This document shows positions 40,201 through 51,757 of a stretch of DNA of 64,000 nt, piece after piece. The stretch spans positions 5,580,001-5,644,000 of the forward strand of contig OZ210884.1 of NCBI GenBank assembly GCA_964658305.1, given 5' to 3'. A model generated the notes under the pieces. The model worked only from the letters and a program-made list of their open reading frames with translations. It did not search any database and was not told the DNA's origin. Position numbers and translations under genes: made by a program. The stretch's first letter is position 1, and every line of letters begins with the position of its first letter. Source of the stretch: Leptogorgia sarmentosa (taxonomy: Eukaryota).

Positions 40201-43200
40201 TCATAAAAATTCCAACCCTACCTCTGATTATAACATATGAAGGGTCATACACACAATCAAATATTGGTTATTGACAATTTTTCTTTGCTTTATATAATTG
40301 CCCACTGGGCAAACTTTATATAATTGCCCACTATACAATTGCCAACTATAGCTGCTGATCTGGTCTGGCTAAGTTTGTTTCCTCACCACAGAAATCGTAA
40401 TACGGTTGTGATGAATTGGAGCATTGGTATTCAAAGTAAAGGTATTTTGTCAATCCAGGACAAATGTCACCAGGAAGCAGTTTATCATCCACCATTACAC
40501 TACACTCTAGTTGACCATCGCATCGTTTTTTAAGATCACATGTGGCATCAACTTCACAAGCATAATCGTCCCTTGGATCACAGGACTTTGAGCGAGACAT
40601 TCCACGATAAGATGCATTCTTTACCACTATGTACTGATCTTTGGGACAGTTGGCGTTTTTCACCTTATTTCCATAGCACGTCACTGAACCTTTAAATAAG
40701 GATTAAATACCTATATGTTAATTCATTTTGGAAATGTGGCTTTGTTAATGTGATATTCTTCAACACTCATTTATGCATGTAAATGAGGTGTTATAGGCGG
40801 AAGGTATTGGGTTGGAACAAATGAGAAAGTTGCTTTTAGCAAAGGTATTGAGATAAATTTAGGGGCCACAAGGAAGAATTACAGATAACAGGCCGGTTTC
40901 ATTCAGAGTGTCAGGTCTTACCAAAATGAAAACGCTTGTTCGAAGCGTCATCACATGGTCTCGTTAATCCAACGAAAAGATCTATTCCATAATATTTGGT
41001 AAATCGCTTGTCTCTTTTAGGAACTGCACACGATATATCAAATGGCTCATATTCCCTCAGAGATTCTTTGTAGCGGCTAAAATTTACTGATAAAGCTCCC
41101 TCAGATGTTTGAGTTAGAGCACGATAAATTTCCTTTTCGGGCCTCTGGGCGCAAGCGGAGCGATCCAAACTAACCGCATCAACATAAATAAAAAACATGT
41201 CAAGAACATAAGCTTCGATTACTATGTATGACTCGTCCAGGTATTTAGCGAATGCAGCAACACAACCCTGTCGTTCCAAATTTAGCATGGCACCGTTATC
41301 ACGAAACCGAAACTGAGCGGCTGGATCAAGGCAGCTATCACTAAGTTCCACAAAGGATACGTTTCCCCATTTTGGGCTTTCCGAATGGATTATTCTGGTG
41401 TCATTAATGCACATTCCTGTGTCAACATGTTTCACAAAGAAACCCACAGCATCTGAAATAAATTTGTGAAATTAATTCATAATTCATGAGAAAACACGTC
41501 AGAAAGAAAATGGTTTCAAAAGAATTGTATCTCTATAGTAAATTTCGAATTCGCGTTTAAATTGAAACCAATTTAAGCCATTATTCGTTCGCATTTCCTT
41601 ATATGTAAAGTTCAACAAGGGAAAGAAATAATGAATTAACAATCTCGCATTTACGAAACATAAGTTTCTAGAATCAAACAGTGAACAGGTTGAATATATC
41701 GAAGCCAGTCATTAATTTTAATTAGTGTGCAGACTAAATTATTTATCAATTCACCGGTGTAATACAAAAGTATACAAAATTTCTCCACTTTGCACGGCTA
41801 TATTTTCATTATCGTACTGACATCTTGCACCCAAACGTTGCAATTTTACTAACTCTGGGGGATTACGCACTCGGACAGCCAGCGAAAGGTTTTCGAAATT
41901 TAGGGTTAGGTTTTAAGGTTTTTTTTAGGGTTAGGGTTAGCTTTAGGGTTTGGGTTAGTTTTATATTTTGGGTTGGGGTTGGTTTCAGGTTGATTTAGTG
42001 CTTGGAAACCAATATTTTGGTGATAGATTTAGGGGCAACCTACTTTTGGCGGATGTCCGAGTGCGCTTCCAATGAATTTAACGCTATTGTAATGATTTCG
42101 AATTTGCTTGAAATTTTGGCTATTTTGCAATCGATCCATTGTGTTAAAGGACATTGGCAACGAAAATTTTTATTCGTTTTAGGTTCCGTAGGAATACGGA
42201 ATACTTAATTTCCTAGTTTACGCTGCCCAACGCGTTTAGTTGCTGAGAAAATTGATGAAAATGTTCAACAGTCGTCCGCCATTTTGAAAAAAACCGCGTA
42301 TGCTAATTTATGTAGAATTTATGATGTGACATCATCAGTATTCGACGCAAAATACAACTATACGATCTATATGACTTTATCTAATGTTGTTCTAAAATCA
42401 TTTTAGCGAAAAAATACTGATAAACCACCAAGAATTTTAAGTCGTTGCGTAGTATTAGGTGCCTGGGAATATTTCTACGACATTTGAAACATACGCGTGT
42501 GTTTGCGCTGTTAAAACGAGCTAAGACTTTGACAACGAAAATACTCCTCAGACAAGACTCATTTTTACAACACGCACGCATGAACACATGTTATATATTG
42601 TATTGTAGTCTTTGTAGAAATAACTCGTTATTGTCTGTAAGAAACTCTATAGTTACTGTATGATTATACGGGCGAATTCTAGCGATAGTCATGGGAGTAG
42701 CTAAAATTAGAGTTTGCACCGAAAATGCTTGTTTGTATCACTGGTTTGAGTTCATATGCACTCACTGCGCTGCTGCATATCGCTTGAGTGCATCTGATTT
42801 ACAGCCGGTTTGCAAAAGATATACCCAGATATACCCGTATTGATGTGATATATGTCGCGCCTGTTTGTACGGATCAGCAAAGTCGAGGAAACATTATGAA
42901 TAAAACTAAGCCTAGTCTGATTTTAGGAAATAAAGTCCTTAGCGCGGGTTTAGTCCTCAGTGCGCGCTGCTATATTCAGTATTGTACACAAGTGTCAACT
43001 TCCTTATCAGACAAAGACATATAGCTTCTTTGATGATGATCTGAATATTTTTCATCGCTAGTAACCAGCAAAGTTGAGGAAATATGATCAACAAAACTAA
43101 GGCAAGTCTGATCTTAGGGAATAACAGCGATAGGACACTATAGTAAAGTTGTTAGCGCAGCTATTGTGCACGATCGCGACTTCCTCATCAAAGACAGGCC

Positions 43201-43702
43201 GCTGCTTTGATCTGAATCTATTTCATCGCTAGTATTGCTTTGATTCCCTCGCGCTTTTGGCTCAAATAGGTGGCGTAGTACCCCGGCCGCAACTCGATTC
43301 TCGCGTGAATGCTTTCCATTGAAATAGTTTTCCATAGAAATTTTCCATTGAAACTAGACCACTCGATACAGAACACCAAAACTATACTGTTACAACGATC
43401 ACCATCCCAAACACGACAAATTTACTGTTAATATACTATTATAATAAGAAAATTGAATCAGCACTGTTCTACTGAGGTCGACTGAAATGTATGAGGTATT
43501 ATATTGTGTTGGTGCCCCTCAACTTAGTAAGTGACCTTCGCTAGCAATGTTATCGGTGCATGGATGGGCATGTCTATGTTAATCGTGACATCGAATAGAA
43601 ATATGCGTGGCTGCCGGATGTTATGATGGACTTAAAAACCTTACCTTGGATGAACAGGAAATTTACAACAAAAATTAGTAAATCACACTTCTGGAAAAAC
43701 AT
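37279..43702 (-). CDS. Receptor copy 1: signal peptide, Cys-containing (possibly beta-trefoil) domain, SUEL/rhamnose-binding lectin, FN3, RPTP-type membrane-proximal domain, Ig, TM, Tyr-motif tail
   Basis: Exons 43702-43645, 41452-40922, 40689-40387, 39966-39691, ~39404-39327, 39206-38903, 38630-38576, 38268-37981, 37628-37279. Motifs: SUEL C...C...YRG...RCDG..EC...DICPGLTKYLYFEYQC; FN3 LTWDAP...LNESTKYYIRV; FVLGDG...YYNGPLKPGTGYRIFQR; Ig LLCSAQGEPP..FTW...GKYIC. The exon 4/5 phase is problematic. Confidence 0.8.
37633..37756. repeat. Degenerate purine-rich pentamer microsatellite (GAAAT/GAAGG)
   Basis: Directly visible. It expands the polypyrimidine tract of the last intron of receptor copy 1 and is much shorter in copy 2. 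Confidence 0.75.
41866..42065. mobile_element. MITE with internal telomere-like TTAGGG repeats
   Basis: CGCACTCGGACAGCC...AGGTT / AACCT...GGCGGATGTCCGAGTGCG TIRs enclosing degenerate TTAGGG/TTAGG repeats. Confidence 0.7.
42877..43235. repeat. Degenerate local direct duplication (~170-190 bp offset)
   Basis: AGCAAAGTxGAGGAAA...AAAACTAAG..AGTCTGAT occurs at ~42877 and ~43067. TGATCTGAAT...TTTCATCGCTAGTA occurs at ~43037 and ~43208. Confidence 0.55.
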
Positions 43703-44688
43703 GATTCGCAGCTCAAGAAGTTGCTGACACTTAAACCAGATAGGTAAAATGTGAACTGCAATTAAATAACTATAAATAGCATTCCTTGAAAGATTGATTA
43801 TATGGAAACAAAATATCCGGTACGCATTCCTCTCGTAACAAGATGCCTGATAGGCGTTCACTAAGCTTCTTGAGGGTCGGGGATTGCCTTTCAAGACCTA
43901 CAGTATGTGAAGGCATTATCGTGAGAATTCTAGATAAAACCGAAGAAACATAGCTAGCTGCAGTCAGCAGTCTATATCAAGATACGTATTATGGCCTAAC
44001 TTTTCAAGCATGATAAAACCAGAATTTGATGAAATGACAATTAAGATTGGTTCAAGGATTTCGTACAGGTCACGCGTGTTTTTTCCTACGCTACAGGACA
44101 AAATAATTCAACCTTTACTCAAGCTAAAGCGCAAGTCACAAATTCGAACACGATGTTTGATTACGGGTAAACCGGTTACGATTTTTCGCAAAACAAACGA
44201 ATTTATCTCGACTTGTGAAAATTTGCAAGTGAAATGCAGAGCTCGAAATCAGGTATGTTCGATTTCGTGTATTTAACTATTTTAGGGATTATTATGCCAT
44301 GTATTATATTAAAATGGCCAGATGAAATACTACAACGGGAACGGAAGGCTTTCCAAACTGAAGGAATCTCTTTATCCAACTTTTTTTTTATAGGAAAAAA
44401 TATTCGCGTGGCCGTGATCGCAGCCCCATCTCTGCGTCTCCTGTACACTTTGGTTTCGCTTCTAAGCAAAATTCTACCCTGAAAGTAAATTTTGCTAAAG
44501 CCTGCAGATAATTACACACAATGCAAATAAGCATACCTTGATCATGTTGTAATATATCAGTTTATTTAGTAAAATCTTTACCTGTAATTGTGAAAAGATT
44601 TCTGTAGAATCATGAACTTGCGATTAGACAAGCTAAAATTCTTTATCTAGTGTTGAATACATGATATGAATGTTCTACGGCATATTTA

Positions 44689-44814
44689 GACCCGTTTCAT
44701 ACGTCGAATTTTGGTGGAATGCAATTCAGACAATGAATGATGAGATGATTAACTTCATTCCCCATTGTTTGAATTGTATTCGATGCGACCAAAATTCGAC
44801 GTCTGAAACGGGCC
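44689..44814. mobile_element. Harbinger-type foldback MITE just 3' of receptor copy 2 stop codon
   Basis: GACCCGTTTCATACGTCGAATTTTGGT... / ...ACCAAAATTCGACGTCTGAAACGGGCC with TTA/TAA flanks. Confidence 0.8.
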
Positions 44815-44828
44815 TAAGTCACAATACA

Positions 44829-47800
44829 TTACATTACACTTTCATTCTCATTAACGCTGTCCTTCTGTACTTCATTCAAATGGCAATAGACATGTTCGTC
44901 AGTATCCACCACAGGCCGATTGAGATCTGTATACGTTGACTGGTCATTTTCACCCATGTCTTCATAATTGTTGACATCATTTTTGTTGGGATTTTCATAA
45001 ATATCTGCCGAGTCATTTGTCCTCTCCACCTTGTTCTCTTGTCTCGTATTTGGCAACCTTGCCAAGCTACGACCATTGCACCAAAAACAATACGTGAAAA
45101 TTGAGACAAAAATGACCAGGAGTATTGCCAATATTATGATAACAACAAGATAGTATGTTTCACTGTCATTCCCAGGTTCATTAGCTATAGTTTCTGCAAA
45201 ATGAAATGAAAGGGGATAAAGCAAGCAGTTAAAAATATTAAAACAATTACATAATTTTCCTCAATGTTCCGGGTTTCTACTCTGTTTAAACAGTTCTGAA
45301 TATACAAACACCGCGATGAACACATTTCACTAAGTATAGGGGCCGCACGTATGACTTGAACATCAATGTACTGTACATTTTGGCAAAAATTACATAATTA
45401 TTTTCTGTAATAGAACTTTTACCTGTATCGCTCACTCTCAGTATCCAAATTGTGTGAGTGGTGCTTCCGAATCTGTCCTGAATGTGACAGATGTATTTTC
45501 CAAAAAAACCACTGTCCTTAACTCTAAGAACAAGAAGTGAGCTGCGGTGGGGCTTTTGTGATTCCGTGAAACTGTCCAATCTCCTTTGATCGTTTTTCCA
45601 AGTGAAAGAAATCGGAGGTTCTCCTTGAGCAGAACACAGGAGGTTCACAAGTTCACCTACTTTTGCCGTGATGTTATCACTAGACATATTAGCAAGTACA
45701 CGTGGGGAACCTGGTAAAACCGAAAGAGATGGAAATCATTCAAAAATCAAAAATCGTAGGCTTTACCAACCTCGTTTAACGGAATGATGCATGAAGATCA
45801 AAGCCTTTGGAATTATTTGCCACAGGAATCGCTTCCTTCGGCTTGGATGGTCTCCCACAAAATTTCCACCACAGAAAATACGTTAATGTCAACCACACCA
45901 AATCATCAGATTACTTTTGAAGTATATAAAATTTTAGTTGCTGTGAATGTTGTACCTGAGTAATGATTTGTTGTTGAAGTAGGACTCCAATCTGTAGAGA
46001 AGTAGTCACCCTGTTATTAAGAGAGAGCTATATAATATTCGCTGGAATTTTCGTTTCAATAAATAATGGCATCTCTTCTCTGACGTTTGTCGTTTTATCC
46101 TATTGCTTTGAGTAATATGTATTTTCCAACAAATGTCGTACCTGGAGATTGACAATGAATCTTTGAAAAATGCGATAACCAGTGCCAGGTTCCAGCGGAC
46201 CATTATAATAATCACTGCTGATAGGTCGACGTCCATTTAATACTTGCTCGCTTGTGTTGCTGCCATCGCCAAGTACAAAAACGTTTTCAACGAGACCGCT
46301 GTGTGTCACTACTGCAGCAATATAGGGTTGTGGATTGCTTGAATTTTGAGCCTTAGTGTACGTCACTAGCTCATTGTTGTCGTAATTACCAGACAAGACA
46401 GGTTCTTTGCCATTGGTTATTTTCTGGACAACAACATAGAAATATCTACAAAAATAGTAAACTTCAATTTTTAGTACAATTTCACTTCACAAATCAATTG
46501 TTGTTTTGTAGGCTCGTTCAAGTACTGTAGGATGCAGATCTTGCTCGAATATATAGACGCCTACTGAATTCCCGACGAAGACTACCAATTCCCGACGAAG
46601 CTAATCTATAACCTACTAAAAAGTAGTTAATTAATAATAAAAGAAACTTACTTATAAGATTGTGCTGGAATTCCTAATAAAAAAGTCAATGTGCTGGCGG
46701 TACGACCTCCTGCAATGTTGGCTGCTCCTGTAGAAAAAAATGGTACATGAAAAGGTGCATACAATCATGCTAAATACACGGCACTCATTCGTCAATTAGG
46801 TACCTACTTCCGTTAGTAAAAAATCCTTTACTTTCGCTGTAAGAGCTGCTTCCTGTTGGAGTGCTTGCAAGAACGCGAACATAATATTTTGTCGATGCAT
46901 TCAAATTTCTGACAATCAACTCTCGATCACTTGTGCCATATTTTTTCAAGCATTGTCCATCCACTGAACGTGAAACGCAGACAGTGTAATTACTAATATA
47001 ACCGCTTTTCTCAGGAGCGTCCCAAGTTAAAGACAAAGATGATGTACTTCGTGAAGTGGTCCTGATGTTTCGTGGAGATCTACCTTCAGGAAATACACAA
47101 AAAATTCATAAATCTTTACGAATGATCAAAAAATAAATGTATACAATAATATTGTATTTGAAAGGTAGTTGGTCGATTGATACTTTGGAACGTTCCCAAC
47201 ATTCATTGTAAGTACTAAATAAAGTACATTATTTCACTCAGTGGTAAAGAAATAGCATTTTAGAGATTTTGCTTTTCAAAATTTTTTTTCCGCCCGAAGT
47301 AGACCAATACACGTGAGAATAATGAAAGTTGTTAATTGTCATCAGAAGTGTAGATCTCCTAAACTTATACAATTGCCAACTATAGCTGCTGATCTGGTCT
47401 GGCTAAGTTTGTTTCCTCACCACAGAAATCGTAATACGGTTGTGATGAATTGGAGCATTGGTATTCAAAGTAAAGGTATTTTGTCAATCCAGGACAAATG
47501 TCACCAGGAAGCAGTTTATCATCCACCATTACATTACACTCTAGTTGACCATCGCATCGTTTTTTAAGATCACATGTGGCATCAACTTCACAAGCATAAT
47601 CGTCACTTGGATCACAGGACTTTGAGCGAGACATTCCACGATAAGATGCATTCTTTACCACTATGTACTGATCTTTGGGACAGTTGGCGTTTTTTACCTT
47701 ATTTCCATAGCACGTCACTGAACCTTCAAGTAAGGATTAAATAGTTATGTCACTTCATTGTGGAAATGTGGCTTTGTTAAATGTAATATTCTTCAACACT

Positions 47801-48995
47801 CATTTATGCATGTAAATGAGGTGTTATAGGCGGAAGGTATTGGGTTGGAACAAATGAGAAAGTTGCTTTTAGCAAAGGTATTGAGATAAATTTAGGGGCC
47901 ACAAGGAAGAATTACAGATAACAGGCCGGTTTCATTCAGAGTGTCAGGTCTTACCAAAATGAAAACGCTTGTTCGAAGCGTCATCACATGGTCTCGTTAA
48001 TCCAACGAAAAGATCTATTCCATAATATTTGGTAAATCGCTTGTCTCTTTTAGGAACTGCACACGATATATCAAATGGCTCATATTCCCTCAGAGATTCT
48101 TTGTAGCGGCTAAAATTTACTGATAAAGCTCCCTCAGATGTTTGAGTTAGAGCACGATAAATTTCCTTTTCGGGCCTCTGGGCGCAAGCGGAGCGATCCA
48201 AACTAACCGCATCAACATAAATAAAAAACATGTCAAGAACATAAGCTTCGATTACTATGTATGACTCGTCCAGGTATTTAGCGAATGCAGCAACACAACC
48301 CTGTCGTTCCAAATTTAGCATGGCACCGTTATCACGAAACCGAAACTGAGCGGCTGGATCAAGGCAGCTATCACTAAGTTCCACAAAGGATACGTTTCCC
48401 CATTTTGGGCTTTCCGAATGGATTATTCTGGTGTCATTAATGCACATTCCTGTGTCAACATGTTTCACAAAGAAACCCACAGCATCTGAAATAAATTTGT
48501 GAAATTAGTTACCAACAGAGGTTTTAGCGATCGCAAAAAAATTAGCGTGTCAAAATTAGTATAGTTGGATGCAAAGTTTGAGAAGAAATATTGCAAAATC
48601 AGAATATTATAGCCAGGCAAAGTTCCCACATTTTACATACTATTCATTAGGCCGAAGTGATCAGTTAATCCTTATGTTTATAGTTTATGTCAAGATATTT
48701 GTCGTACTTGGGTAGCGATTGTCGTTGATTCTGTTAGAAAATTGAATTGAATCAGAACCGCTGTATATTTCACATCGACTGAAATGTAGGTCTTACATTG
48801 TACCAATGTACTGGTGCACCTCAACTGGCCTTCGCTAGCGATGATATCAACAATACAAAAATGTATTTCAGATAGTTATGATATCGAATTGAAATATGCT
48901 TGGCTGCATGCATTGTGATGAATTTCCAAAACCTTACCTTGGATGAACAAGAAATTTACAACCAGTGTTAGAAAAACACACTTCTGAAAAAACAT
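44829..48995 (-). CDS. Receptor copy 2 (same lectin-FN3-Ig-TM-Tyr-motif architecture)
   Basis: Phase-consistent exons 48995-48938, 48485-47955, 47723-47421, 47083-46808, 46727-46652, 46445-46142, 46010-45956, 45710-45423, 45193-44829. Confidence 0.85.
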
Positions 48996-49332
48996 GATTC
49001 GCATCTAAGGAAGTTTTTGGCACTTAATCCAGATAAGCCAAAATTAAATAACTAAACCTATCATTGTTGTTAGTAGAAATCAGCAGGTATTCAAACGTCT
49101 TTTGAAAATTGATTTCATAAAAACAAAATATTACACATTCCTTTCATAATTACTCAAAATGAAGCGAGAATCATAGTTTCCGTCTTCAACAATTGTGGAA
49201 TGTCTTGTGGCGATTGAAGGCGATGTTGAAAATGCAAAGTATTACGTTTAGGCGAACAATTATTTAGAGTTTTTAATCTAATTCAACAAATTATTTAAAA
49301 CGGCAGCGTGTTATTTGAATAGACTGTATTAA

Positions 49333-49547
49333 GGCCGGTTTAAACTGAACAAGCTTACAACTTCAGCTTACAACTTTTTCTTACGATTGTCGTAAGCTGT
49401 TAAATCATGTTTTACAAGGCTAAAACGTTTTTCTTGTTGTATCGAACTGCCGTAGCGAGTTGTGGGATTAATTTAAATTGTATATAATTATTTCGAGTTG
49501 TATAAGTTCATTCGACAGTTGTCAAGCAAAAACAGCGTAAACTGGCC
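49333..49547. mobile_element. Harbinger-like MITE
   Basis: Imperfect TIRs GGCCGGTTTAAACTG... / ...CAGCGTAAACTGGCC. Confidence 0.55.
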
Positions 49548-50290
49548 TTTTACACATTATGATGTTTTCTTAGGATGCGTGACTACTATATTACCGCGAT
49601 TACTGCTACTTTATACGAGAAACTTAATACAAAACGAAAACGACTAAGAACTCGCACAGCATTCTGGTAGTTGTATTCACGCAAGACACAAAACGTCATT
49701 ATGCATAAATTGCAAATCTCATTAAAACTAAAAACTTCCAATAATTTCTCAAAATATTTAAATTCTCTGCAGAATTTAATCTGATAATCTAATTTATGCT
49801 AAACTTTTTACCTCTGCTCCTGAGTTTGTTGACATAACGGAAGTATTTGTGTTTTGTTGGTAGTAAATGTATCGAGGAAACTGGTTTTATCCGGTTGTAG
49901 CTATAAATAAAATATCTAGGCGGCTGTTATCCAAAAGGTAGTTATTGCAACCAGGAGATGAGACTGTCCGTTTCCCAGGTTAATGATCCAACAATGCTGA
50001 GGCCTAGGTCAAACGTCGAACTTTTCATGCGCCGAACCTAATGCAAATGAGCTCGAACAAAGAAGTTTGCTCATTAATTGAGTGCATGAGAGTTGACTGT
50101 CTCGCGTTAACTATTGAGAGTTAACTATTCTTCATGCTTTCTTAACCCTGTCATGCATAATGCATTCCATTTAAGTTAAAATATAGTTGAAGCAATAGTC
50201 AAACATTTATTTTGTTGAGCTAGAGTTGAATCAAACAATTATTTTGTCGAGCTTGTTAATTGTCTCTGTGGCAATGTGTGATTGTCAACT

Positions 50291-50560
50291 CCCATCAACT
50301 CTCATCAACTCTCATCAACTCTCATCAACTCTCATCAACTCTCATCAACTCTCATCAACTCTCATCAACTCTTATCAACTCTCATCAACTCTCATCAACT
50401 CTCATCAACTCTCATCAACTCTCATCAACTCTCATCAACTTTCATCAACTCTCATCAACTCTCATCAACTCTCATCAACTCTCATCAACTCTCATCAACT
50501 CTCATCAACTCTCATCAACTCTCATCAACTCTCATCAACTCTCATCAACTCTCATCAACT
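50291..50560. repeat. Minisatellite (CTCATCAACT) x27, probably internal to a non-autonomous transposon
   Basis: 27 tandem 10-mers, three with single substitutions. An inverted partner GAGAGTTGAC lies near 50089 and a truncated GGCCTAGGTCAAACGTCGAAC terminus at 50001. Confidence 0.95.
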
Positions 50561-50938
50561 CTGATCTTCGGTTTCACCAGGATCTTACGGGAAAAGAGCC
50601 AGTTTTATTCCCTTAGCTTCGTTAAATTTTCGTGACTGAACACTCCTTACCGTGTTGGATTAAACGAACTCATCTTAATTTGCGGATGTTGTTAGCTACT
50701 TATAGCTACAGCTACATAAGCTCTAAGACGAAAAACCTTTGTATATTTGACAATAACCTTTGGCTCGAAAAGCCTCTTTTGGCATTTGAAAGAGTTAAAC
50801 ATCCCACTTAAGATATATTGAATTTTTATAGAGGCTTGAGAAAAGAGAAAAGGCACGCCGTTGACAACATTGGAAGCCAGCGAGGGCATAATAACTGATT
50901 GAACAACGCAACTGCGCTTATCACTACAGGCAGGTCGC

Positions 50939-51018
50939 TAGCCTGTGTCCCAGTCCACTACACCCCCATAGTGAGTGAGTCACTAAGGGGTGTAGTGGAC
51001 TGCATGGGACACAGGCTA
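50939..51018. mobile_element. 80-bp palindromic MITE (TAGCC...GGCTA) with 9-bp TSD, same family as 22748-22825
   Basis: TAGCCTGTGTCCCAGTCCACTACACCCC...GGGGTGTAGTGGACTGCATGGGACACAGGCTA. Flanks are GCAGGTCGC / TCAGGTCGC (8 of 9 match). Confidence 0.8.
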
Positions 51019-51757
51019 TCAGGTCGCTATTGTGTTCTAATATCTCATATTACCGGTCGTATATCACATCGAATTGCAGGTAACAAAGACTTTGACATAA
51101 GTGTGTTTGAAAGAGACTTGCAACTACACAATACACATTGCTATCGACATAATTCTAATGAATATACATTCTATTTGACACATTTGGGTTAAACATGATT
51201 TTATCTCTCATTATAACCACAGGCATTTGCGAGCAACGTAATACTTTACGACGGTTTAAACTGATTTACACTTGTACTGAGATTTCATGTATTAAGTGTA
51301 ACACTCGTTACACTTGCCAATGACTAATTATGCAAACTAGCAGGATCAAGATCAAACAAATATCTGCTCATTTACGTTTAATTTATACAATGTGTTTATA
51401 TAAATATGCCTTCGTTTAATTTGAGTTTGTAACCTACTTGTTTTAAAATTTTTATTATCAACTATTTTATATAATTATAGACCATGATGTTTTTTTTTTA
51501 CCAAATCAAAGATAGTGTCATTGAAAGGTGCTTAGTTTCCGTTCTTCTACTAACCCAGTGAAGGATTCTTTATATGAATGAAGAAATAAAGAGTCTCCAT
51601 ATTGGATCATGAGTATGCATCTTATTAACCAGATCTAGCGAATAAGAGGCGACAACGTGTCGGATATTGAAGGTAGTTAAATACTACAGTTCGCAGTTTT
51701 CATCATCGTTACATTCAACTTTGATCGCGTATTGAACATCAGATAGAAAGGTTAACG

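Noticed and set aside
50226..50635. Three overlapping ORFs with INSHQLSSTL repeats
   Set aside because: Artefact of a stop-free 10-bp minisatellite. It is also not a CRISPR array, since there are no spacers.
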